Part shown: one piece after another, positions 53,466-64,000 of the stretch
Layout: each line of letters opens with the position of its first letter
How positions within the stretch are numbered: position 1 is the stretch's first letter
Source: Octopus sinensis
Taxonomy: Eukaryota
Direction: 5' to 3'
Assembly (NCBI RefSeq): GCF_006345805.1
Contig: NC_043006.1
Span: forward strand, 92,070,001 to 92,134,000
Length of the DNA: 64,000 bases
The notes under the pieces: model-generated
The model's database searches: none
What the model saw: the letters and a program-made list of their open reading frames with translations, nothing else
Told to the model about the DNA's origin: nothing
Program-made: the position numbers and the translations under genes

Positions 53466-56400
53466 CTATGTTTGACTTTTGCTTTATATTTGTACAAGTT
53501 GGCTCCAAGTCTCACCCAGAGACCTCAAGAGACAACAGGGTTGGAAGTTCATGTTGTTGTTATGCCTAGTGTGCCATATATTTGGGGGGTGGGGATGTTG
53601 TACTAATGAATGTCTAAAAAAAAAAGTTTTTTTTTTTTTTTTTTTTTTTTAAACCGAAAATTATGTTGTTTTAAACCTTGAGGTTACATAGAGAGTATTT
53701 TGCGTAGGATATGAGCAGTTCCCATGAGCACTATCTTTTGAACTTCTGCCATTTTTGGGTTTCCTGGTATCTGAGTTAGGTAGCTATCAGCCCCCTTTGC
53801 TATCATTCCCAGGGCACCTATGACAACAGGTATTGTTTTAGTCTTCAGCTTCCACATTTTGCTGATTTCTATTTCAAGATCTTTATATTTGCTCAGTTTT
53901 TGGTAGGTCCTGACAGATACGTTTATATCGATTGGGACAGTCATATCAATGAGGAGGCATGTTCTTTGTTTGAAGTCTTTCAATATGATGTCTGGCCTAT
54001 TTGCATCTATCTTCCTGTCAGTTTGAATGGTGAAGTTCCAGAGGAGTGAGATGTGGTCATTTTCAAGCACTGGGGGTGGTTTGTGTTCCTACCAGTTTTT
54101 TTCATGGGGCAAATCCAGGTTTTTACAGATTACCCAGTGAATATATTGTGCAGCTCTATCGTGCCTGTTGAGATACTCTGTAGGCGCTAGAAGACTGCAC
54201 TTGGAGACCACATGGTCAATGGTTTCATTTTGTTGCTTGCATACACGACATGTTGGACTGCTTCTGATCTTTAATATGTTGGCCTGGTAGTTTCTTGTTG
54301 GTGGGCATTGATCTTGAGCTGCTATGATAAACCCCTCTGTTTCAGATTTTAAGCCAGAGGCCATTAGTCATTGATGGGTCAGGGCTTTGTCGATATCTGC
54401 ATTATTCGCTCTCTTTGGGTATTTGCCATAGAGAGGTTTTTCTTGCCATTTATTATTCAGAATATCTAAGGCCGCAGTTTTGGCACGGGTTTTCATGCGC
54501 CTAGCTTTTTCTGTGCTTGTTTCTTGTATGTCTATCTCTAATTCCGAAATTGGTTGTATTCGGAATTCACTTAGATATTCCTTTGCCTGTTTTGTGACTG
54601 AGTATGATGCTTTCTTGTTTTCATGTTTTGAGACAAGTTTTAACATCCAGTCCTCAGAGTTTTTCAGGTAGGTGTCTAGGCCAATTGTAGCAATCTTCAT
54701 TGTTATTGCCAGTTGCAAAAGACCACGGCCTCCCTCTTTTCTTGGCAGATAGAGTCGTTCTGTATCTGCCTTAGGGTGGTGCATTCTATGCATTGTCAAC
54801 AGTTTCCTTATTTTTCTGTCGAGCTGATATATTTCAGTAATTGACCAGTTAACAATATTGAAACTGTAAGTCACGACTGGTATAGCTAATGCATTGATTG
54901 CTTCGATCCTGTTTCTTGCATTCAGCTCTGTCTTGAGTATTGCTCTCACTCTTCGATAGCATTCTCTCCTGATCCTTTCCTTCATCTCTGAATGCCTTAT
55001 TCCGTTCCCTTCAATTACCCCTAGGTACTTGTAGCTCTCCGCTGGGTCTAGTTCTTTTATGACATTCTGTTGGTCAAGGTTAACGTTAGATGTTTCTGTC
55101 ATTTTTCCTTTGATAAAGGTAGCCTTTGCACATTTATCGAGGCCGAATTGCATTCTGATGTCGTCACTGAATTGTTTGACTATCGCTAGTAAGCCCTTGA
55201 GTTGTTGATCATTTTTTGCAAAAAGCTTTAAATCATCCATGTAAACGAGATGATTTATATTTTTATCAAACATTTTATACCCGTACTGCGCGTCATTGAG
55301 CAGCTTTGAGAGAGATATTAAGGATAAACAAAAGAGGAGTGGTGACAGTGAGTCACCCTGGAAAATGCCACACGAAATTTTTACATCACCAGCATTTAGG
55401 GATTCACTGTCACTGTTCAGAGTTAGTGTGGTTCTCCATGATCTCATACTTACAGTCAAGAAGTTTCGCAGAGTTGGTGCTATCTTATACATTTCAAGGC
55501 ATTTCCTAATCCAGCTATGTGGTAGGCTATCAAAAGCCTTTTTATAGTCTATCCAGGCTATTGATAAGTTTTTGTGTCGTTTGTGACAATCTTCTAAGAT
55601 CATCTTATTGATGAGTAGTTGGTCTTTACAGCCGTAGGATCCACGTTTACATCCTTTCTGTTCATTAGGGAATATGCTGCTGTCTGTTAAAAAACTATAG
55701 GTATATTCCGTCAGGACAGATGTTAGTGTTTTGTACATAGTTGTTAAGCAGGTTATGGGTCTATAGTTTTTTGGTTCATTTGTTTCTTCACTTTTTGGAA
55801 GCAGGAATGTTAACCCATTAACTAGCCAAGGAGGCATCCTACTAGGGTGTTGCAAAACATCATTGTACAGTTCTGTTAGCAGTTCATGGCTCTCTGGGAA
55901 GGCATTCAGCCAGAAGTTAGGAATTTTATCCTTTCCTGGAGACTTCCATTTGCTTGACCTCCTGAGAGCAGATCTTATATCTTCTACCTTGACACCCTCC
56001 CACTTTTGCTCTTCTAAGGGGTCCAGTTCTGTAGATATTCTGTCAATCCAGGGGGCCTTTTCGTTGTGTTGTTTTTCTTCTGCCCAGATTTTATTCCAAA
56101 ATCTCTGCACTTCTTCTTTTGATGGTACAGACCCTGCAGTAAACGCTGTTTTTCCTATCTTCCTGTAAAAATTCTTGGTGTTATTTTTGAACATGTTGTT
56201 GTCCTTGAAAAATCTAACACGCTTTTCATACCTCGCTATGCGGGCAGCTTTGGCAGATACCTTTTGTTTGATGGTTTCTATGGTGGCATCAATATCAAGT
56301 ATAGTTTTCATATTGTATTTTTTCAGTAATTTTTGGTTTTTGTAGGTTTGGTAGTCTTGTGAGCCTTAAGGTTTTTCAAATATTCAATGTCAGATCTAAA

Positions 56401-57632
56401 TACTTTAATTTGTTGTTGCAGACGCTCTTGCCAAGAAGGCTTTTTGTGGGACTGTTGCCGTTTTCTAATCTTTACACCACATAGGATCGTTGAGATTTTC
56501 GCGGATGCATAGTATAGGTGGTTGAGGTTTGTGATATCAACATCATTAACTGAAATTATATCCTTAAGTGCAAGCCGGATTTTACCAATTATTTTCATGT
56601 TTTGGTTAGAGTTGCGGATTTTAGGAAGTGTATCACGCTCATCCATGCTGGTTTCTTTAATTTTCAGCCATTCAATCATGATTTGATTTTTTAGCTCATG
56701 TAGTTCTGTTGGGTCAATATTTGTGTGACTTTCTTTATCTATTTGATGCTCATCTGTCTTAGTGTTTATGATTGGTTCAGGGCGTATTTCACTTTGCCTA
56801 TCACTTATACTAACTCTTTCAATCCTCTCTTCGTTTTATCCGCCCTGGGCTGGTCTATAATCATTTCCTCTGTATTATCTTCTCTAGCTGCAGCTTCGTT
56901 CATTTTATCCGATATTGCTTGTCTAACCTGATCAATCTCTACTTCAGTCAGTAATTTCTTTTTATAACGTTTCTTCTAACATTGGCAAGCTTGTTACTGT
57001 CTATGTAGGGTCTTACTTCAGGGTGTTTCTGTCTCCAGTTTAAGTATGCTTGTACAGTGCTAGACTTATCTGTGGGGAAATATATGGCATGGTAGAAGGC
57101 CTCAAGAACTTCTTTATTATCTTCCCTAGACCATTTTTCCTTCTTTTTCTTTTGATTATTTGGTGATGAGCATGGATGGCCATCTGTTGGAATATTCCGG
57201 TTGTGGGGTTCGTCCAGCTCCTGTGTGTTGGGAAGATTTGATCCAGTAACTGATTTTTCAATCAGGATTTGGTTCAATTTTCGGGTACGTGGTCTTTTGT
57301 AATCCGCGCAATGACCAATGCGGTTTATTGTTTGATTTGTTGACCTTGAAGCATGACGAGCATCCATTCTTATATTAGGAGATGGATCTGTCAGTTTAGG
57401 GTTCACTACATGTAAGCATTGCTCATAGCGCCGCTTCTTAAGACTAGCAGATCTATATTCGTCTGTATTTTTTTGTTGATAGTTTTATCTCCGGACATTT
57501 TTTTTTTTTTTTTTCCTCCTTTCCTCCTCTTCCTTTCTTCAAGGCTTACTGTGTCTGTATTAGTTCGAAATAATGAGAATAAAATACGGAGAAGGAAACG
57601 AAAAGAAAGGGAAAAAGACGGGATCTGTCAGT
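53466..57632 (-). mobile_element. Near full-length R4/Dong-like non-LTR retrotransposon (single ORF: RT, CCHC, RLE)
   Basis: N-terminal KWSREDNKEVLEAFY..W..KHP..KLANVRR. RT motifs KSPGKD, NYRPITCL, EQKG, WIDYKKAFDS, GIFQGDSLSP, YMDD, YKYLG. Then CRVC..ETIDHVVSKC, RHD, RPDIILKD..LIDMTVP..KLSKY. TAA repeats lie at both ends. Confidence 0.9.
53684..57498 (-). pseudogene. Disrupted RT/RLE ORF of the R4/Dong-like element
   Basis: A 647-aa open RT segment (54368-56311). In-frame nonsense codons at HQ*LMASGLK and KNW*EHKP. Frameshifts near 56320, 56820, 56955 and possibly 57407. Confidence 0.88.
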
Positions 57633-58429
57633 TATTATTGTTATTACTATCATCTTCACCACCATCACCATCATCAGCAACATCACCATCACCATCATCA
57701 TCTTCAATGTGTAGCCACAGCCACCATCAACACTCCATTGTGTTGGAGAATGGGTGGTTAAAGAATTCATGTTCTTTGGGTCTATAAATAGCTACGGTAG
57801 ATGGTGGAGACAAAGGACGTTAATGGTCAGTAAAAGGTCAAACCTGTTTGCGTTTATTTTTATTTATTTATTTATTTTTTTTTTTTTTCTCCTTTCTCTT
57901 TTCTTCTTCACCACATGCATATGTATATGTATATATATGTATATTCACTCACACATATTATCTGATGTTTTCGTCGAAGATTTTTTTTTCTTTTTTTTTA
58001 AATAACTTTCTGAGTTCAATGTTATGTATATATTTTTAAATTTCTGAATTCAGTTGTATGTATATAGTAGTAGGTGCTTAATTCCATAACTTTTTATCGT
58101 GCATTTAATTGTGTTGTTACAATAAAAGGTAATTTAAAAGGCAATTTTACACATTCTTATAGTCATGAGAGACGACTAAATGTAAATGTTCACACAGAAT
58201 TGGAAATATGTATGTTTCTAATTTTTCTTGTTAGGTGTACGTTTGTATGAGCTGTAGATATGTAAGTTTTTTTTTTACTTATTTTGAGGGTAATTCAAAT
58301 TACTTACAGAAAACAGTAGATCTTCCAGTTTTCTACAGTTGACCTGCTGGGTTCGCTGTTGCCAGTTCAGAGCATCGTAAAAATACGTCCATCCTCTGTC
58401 ACGTCCAGCCGCCTTCTTCTTCTTCTTCT

Positions 58430-58470
58430 TATTATTATTATTACTATTATTATTATTATTATTATTATCA

Positions 58471-58501
<31 letters not shown>

Positions 58502-58627
58502 ATTATATTATTATATTATTATTATTATTATATATTATTATTATTACTATATTATTATATTATATTATTATTATTATTATTATAATTATTATTATTATTA
58601 TTATTATTACTATTATTATTATTATTG

Positions 58628-58661
<34 letters not shown>

Positions 58662-58684
58662 CATTATTATTATTAAGTTTATTA

Positions 58685-58724
<40 letters not shown>

Positions 58725-58750
58725 TACTATTATTATTATTACTATTATTA
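58430..58750. repeat. (TAT)n array
   Basis: Visible directly. Confidence 0.97.
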
Positions 58751-60279
58751 TATCTATAATCTCTGGGAAGCGGGTGAGGTGAATCGCTGGAGCATCGTGC
58801 AAAATGTTTTGTTTTAGTTCAATTCCATCAGGTTCTGCATCCAAATCCTACCGACATGTGCTCTTCCTTTTGTTTGCGATATCGGAAATATAAGATCAGT
58901 CAAGTGCTGGGGTTCATCTGGTAGCCTATATTAATCTGTTCCTTATCACGAATGCCTTATCCTTATATTGATACTGCAATACACCCCACTTACTTGGGGT
59001 GGATATGGCTTTTCATATTTACAGACCTAATAACATATCGTATGAATTAAAAATTGTGATAGAGTTAATGAAAGTTTTATTCAGATATAATCTATTGCTG
59101 TTGTGTCTCCGTTAGAAGGCAACGAGATTGCTGTTGATGTTGTTGTTGTTGTTGTTGTTACTGCCACGACATCTGCCCCAGTATCACATTTTAACAAGCT
59201 TAATAATTACGAATGGACATCGAAGACAATTGAAATATTTAACGTCATGAAACAATTTTATGGAAATCAATAAATTTATGCATTATCAATTTTTCCTATT
59301 CCTGCTACTTATCAATGTTGCAGTAACGAATCTGGAGAAAAGATCTCGATAACTACGACGAGATTTCGATCCTGATCTGACGCTGTTTTTCTCGCCGTCC
59401 ATTGCCATAAAAGAATATATCACATTTGTATTTCATGAAAGTGAAATAACCCATGTGAAACGTTCCATATAAGTTCCTGTTATAAGTTTCGCTACGCAGC
59501 TTGGTAGACATTCTAATTAATATTTGTAATAAAAATCACATTGATCATTCAAAGAATAATTGCTAAGATTATTACATTTCGGTTTGACATTGATTCGATA
59601 TCATGTTGGAAACAACCGGTTGTGGACATAATTGAAGTTAATCTTACCTCGACCCTCATTCTGCTTGCTAGGGTTAACCACATGGGAAATTTAGACATAT
59701 AAGGATTAATAACGGCTGGAATAAAACATTGATTTATCAATCAAATACAGCATATGTAATCATTGAGTTCAAATATATAATCAGGAGCGTTCATTTGTTT
59801 GCGTAATCACGTCAAAATTAAATTGAATAATACTAATCAGCTAAATAGACGTTTTATGCTTTGATTCTTAGGCAGCTCATACAATATTATTAACGCCATT
59901 TTACCGCTTTTTACCATGGGGAAGGTAGTTGTGTTCAAGAGACATCGTATATATTTCAGTAATGTCAAATAAAATGTTACAAGCTGACAAACGCTGATAT
60001 CATGACGCGAATTCCTTGTATGCGTGTTACTTGAACAATTGAGAATAGATTCTCATTTAGCTGTTCCAGTGTTCTAGACGTGGAATTGGCAAATGCCTTA
60101 TTACGATTCCGAAATAGAACAAAGGGAAATCTCAGATATATTCCGATTTGATTATTTCGTAGGAAAATCGCTGAATGTAAGAGATGTGCGTATGAGAAAA
60201 TGAGAAGATCATCAGTTGGGCGAGTGATGCGGAGAGCGAATCTCTCTGGAGAAATAAGACAATGCTGCTGGTGCTGCTA

Positions 60280-60714
60280 CCATCACCACCACCACCACCA
60301 ACACCTCTATTATTACCACTACCACCGCCATCGCCACTGACCATCACCACCGACCACCACGACTGCCACCGACCACCACACCACCACTACCGACCACAAC
60401 CCCTACTGCCACCACCACCACCACCACCACCACCACAACCACTACCTCTATTATTACCACTACCACCGCCACAACCACTACCTCTATTATTACCACTACC
60501 ACCGCCACAACCACTACCTCTATTATTACCACTACCACTACCACCGCCACAACCACTACCTCTATTATTACCACTACCACTACCACCGCCACAACCACTA
60601 CCTCTATTATTACTACTACAACCGCCACAACCACTACCTCTATTATTACTACTACCACCGCCATCACCACTGACCACCACCCCTACAGCCACCACCACCA
60701 CCACCACCACCACT

Positions 60715-60782
<68 letters not shown>

Positions 60783-60810
60783 TACTGCTGCTGCTGCTGC
60801 TGCTTCTGTT
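60280..60810. repeat. (ACC/ACT)n low-complexity tract containing a 36/42-bp minisatellite
   Basis: The unit ccacaaccactacctctattattaccactaccaccg repeats about six times at 60430-60660. Confidence 0.9.
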
Positions 60811-61214
60811 ATTGCTGCTGCTGCATTGTACAGATTGGTAGAAATTACTGTTGCTTTTTTTGTTTTCTTATTTTTCGTTACGTTTTATTTTTCAATTGAG
60901 ACATTTTACAAATACTTTACAATCTCAAAATTGCTTTCGAAGCGAATGTTTGGCTTTGAAAATGCGTGATTTAAGATAAACTGATGCTGCGAGAGCAAAA
61001 TCCTTAAAGTCACGGAACGTAATTCTGTCTTTGATCAATGATACACAAACTGGATTAGTGCTAATCACAACGCAGTCTTCGGTAATTCGGTGAAGAAATA
61101 CACAGACGCTCAATAGCCATGAATCAAAACGCAAATACCGAAGCAGACACACGAAAAACCAAATACATCGACTACTTACCAATACAAGCCTCCTCCTTTT
61201 CGTTCTCCTCCACT

Positions 61215-61440
61215 TCAATTTCTTCAATTTCTTCTTCTTCTTCTTGTTCTTCTTGTTCTTGTTCTTCTTCTTGTTCTTCTTGTTCTTGTTGTTGTTCTTG
61301 TTGTTGTTGTTCTTCTTCTTGTTTTTCTTGTTCTTGTTTTTCTTCTTCGTCTTCTTCTTCTTCTTGTTCTTCTTCTTCTACTTCTGCTTCTCCTCCTCCT
61401 TCTTCTTCTTCTCCTCCTCCTTCTTCATCTACTCCTCCTC
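61215..61440. repeat. (CTT/GTT)n tract
   Basis: Visible directly. Confidence 0.93.
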
Positions 61441-61743
61441 TTCCGTCGCCGATTCATATTCTCTCTTTACCTCTTCTTTCTCTTCACTCATTTTCTCTTT
61501 CCTCCTCCACTTTGTTCTCTATTTCCTGCTATTCTTCTTTTTTCCGCACTCTCCTATTATCCTCCCCACTTCCTATCGTCACCCCTCTTCTAAGTCAGCT
61601 CCTTCCTCCACCCTTTTTTCTACCTCCCCCTCTTCTTCTTCACCCTTTTTCATATAATTTATCTTTGGCGTTGCTATTGTATGCCGTCGTCGTCATCATC
61701 ATCAGCAGCAGCAGCAGCAGCATCAGCATCACCATCACCATCT

Positions 61744-61776
<33 letters not shown>

Positions 61777-61990
61777 GATTGTTAGATGAATGAGTATTGT
61801 GGACAGACCTTGAGAAAGCACAGCTATGTCACGGGTAGCATTCGGGAGGAGAGAAACGAGATGATTGGGCAGTTTTCGTGTGAGCCTGCATTGATTGACA
61901 CAGCATCTCACTTCTGTAAACAAAGCTGCAGAATCGTGCGCAGACGTGTGCGCGTGATATATACACATAGAAATATAATAGATATAGATG

Positions 61991-62710
61991 AGCAGGAGTG
62001 GCAGTGTGGTAAAAGGGTTGATCCCCAGCCACATGGTCTCGGGTTCAGACCCAATGTGACACCTTGGGCAAGTGTCCTCTGCTATACAGTAACCCTCGAC
62101 TATCACGGCTGTTACGTTATAAAAAACCCCGTGATAGGTGGGAATCCGCGAAGTAGAAATAGTACTGTATATTTTTTTAAAGTTATTTTTATTATTTGTA
62201 TATATCTGTTTTAACATAAATACAAAATAACACAACGGAGGGATCGACGTAAGATTAAATAATAAACCATGATAGGGAAAGCGTGATATGGCGAGGGATT
62301 ACTTTAGTCTCAAGTCAACTAAAGCGTTGTCAGTTGATTTGTCAGCCGAAAACTGGAAGACGGTTGTCGTATATGTATGTATGCATATATAATATATATA
62401 TATATTATATATATATATATATATAATATATATATATATGTGTGTGAGTGTGTGTGTGTGGTGTGTGTGTGTGTGTGTATGTGCTCGCGCGTGTATACAA
62501 ACACGTGAGTTTTTGTCTCTCTCTTTGTCTCCCATCACTGCTTTGACAATTGGTATCGGTGTGTCCCCGTAACTTAGCACTTCAGCAAAAGAGACCGAAA
62601 AAATAAATACCTGGTTTTAAAACGAAAACCTACATGGGTCGATTCATTCAACTAAAAATTCGTCAAGGCGGTGGTCCAGCTTGGGTGCAGTGTTATGACT
62701 GAAACATGTA
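61991..62710 (+). mobile_element. Diverged family A SINE interrupted by a MITE
   Basis: The head runs to tctgctaTA at 62086 and resumes after TA at 62305-06 with gtctcaagtcaactaaagcg. Central microsatellite and tail follow. Confidence 0.8.
62087..62304. mobile_element. Tc1/pogo (Tigger-like) MITE with TA target duplication
   Basis: Imperfect TIRs cagtaaccctcgactatcacg and cgtgatatggcgagggattact. TA lies on both sides, and the host SINE is split cleanly. Confidence 0.8.
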
Positions 62711-62757
62711 AAAGAAACACACACACAGACACATACATACACATATGCATGTATGTA

Positions 62758-62815
<58 letters not shown>

Positions 62816-63307
62816 GATGTCAAATACGTGTAATAATAAACAGACAGAAAAACGTTAAATGCACTGAATGCACAGACGAACGAAGTACAAACACAGGTCA
62901 TCTATTCCTGATCGGTTTTCAGCCAATATGTCGAGTGCAATTTCGTGCCATTATTGATAATGCATCCACCCTGCAGGCAATCAGCAAGTTCTCTTGCTGT
63001 GAATACGACCAAAACATAACAAAACAAGACGGACAAAATAGGAGGAACGATGGACAAAAAAGAAAAAAGGAAACAAAAACGAAGTAAATAGAATATGGCC
63101 TTAGGGGAAGGCGAAGGCAACAACAAAATAGTAATAATAATATATATGCAACCAAAAATAATAACATATATATACCAAAAAAATACTAATAAAACAATCA
63201 CAACAAAACAAGCCTGCGCCAGCAAACAGATAAGCATAGAGTAATGCAAAGGAAAATGAAAACTGTCCTACAGGACTAAAACAAACGTACCTGTGTATGT
63301 ATGTATG

Positions 63308-63338
<31 letters not shown>

Positions 63339-63469
63339 AAACTCAACTTGTGTGTCTGTGTGTTATGTTTAATATATCGATAAATAATACATAAATAATG
63401 AAATATAAAGAAAATTATGTCGTATTAAATCAGTTAAAATGGATGATCATAAATATACACACGTATACA

Positions 63470-64000
63470 TCTATATATATAAAACTCAACTTGTGTGTCT
63501 GTGTGTGTATCTCTGTGTGTGTCTTTGTGTTTAACTTCCCGGCACATCTCCTCCTAGCCAACAAATCGTAGAACCACCAAAAATGTGTCACTTAAAGTTT
63601 AGGCGAATGGAAATTGAACTGCGCTATTTCTGTCCCGAAATTCATCTCGCAAGTGCAAAAATCGATAATGTGTTTGTTTAGGCCTTATCCCATGCATTGA
63701 ATAGTGAACTTTACTCAGTCAGCTGTTTGACGTGAACTGTGTTCACCACGCGCGCAAGCATGCGTAAATTGCATGAAAAATAAAAAAATCAACATATAAA
63801 AACGAATCGCCGTAAACATTGTAGAAATTCGGCAAAGAAATGAATTTTCGGGATGTAGCCTGGAGGGTTTTTTCGTATTAATCGTTTGGACTTTGTGAAC
63901 ACATACCAATTGTTTTCATAACATTTTTAACGCTTTGAATTAAATGTGACCATTTTGCGTTGAGTCTGCAGTTTGAATCACTTTAACCATATTTTAGCAG
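63470..64000 (+). mobile_element. Probable Helitron-like element 5' portion
   Basis: A|TCTATATATATAAAA start followed by a TG-rich tract, a typical Helitron 5' terminus. No coding sequence is visible in the window. Confidence 0.5.

Noticed and set aside
61170-61300. Minus-strand Glu-rich exon ending at GTAAGT
   Set aside because: The acidic peptide derives from the (GAA)n repeat, and the donor match alone is insufficient.
60262-61793. Pro-, Thr-, Gly- and Ser-rich ORFs of 108-235 aa
   Set aside because: Trinucleotide low-complexity sequence open in several frames on both strands, with no domain or convincing exon boundaries.
61786-61960. Cluster of TF-like motifs (TGATTGACA, GTAAACAA)
   Set aside because: Short motifs are common in AT-rich DNA and cannot be supported without conservation or chromatin data.

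Overview
AT-rich, microsatellite-dense animal DNA with no host protein-coding gene that I can support. The SINE families and the (TA)n/(TG)n/(TCTA)n load look like an octopus or other coleoid cephalopod genome, but this is recognition from memory, not a search result. The window is almost entirely mobile-element debris. It holds (1) a near full-length but disrupted R4/Dong-like non-LTR retrotransposon with RT, CCHC and restriction-like endonuclease (RLE) domains (~53466-57632, minus strand). This sits in a (TAA)n array next to a second truncated copy, and three older RLE-LINE fragments lie elsewhere. It also holds (2) a young, GC-rich, 5'-truncated Tx1/L1-like element embedded in (TCTA)n, (3) four mariner remnants and a Tigger-like MITE, (4) Helitron 3' and 5' termini at the window edges, (5) many copies of three tRNA-derived SINE families, and (6) Penelope-like remnants with minimal hammerhead-like motifs. 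The most notable observations are a hammerhead-like core with a compensatory G3-C8 swap (778-828), apparent microsatellite targeting by two retrotransposon clades, and at least seven fold-back duplications of different ages. Most ORFs in the supplied track are microsatellite read-through artefacts.
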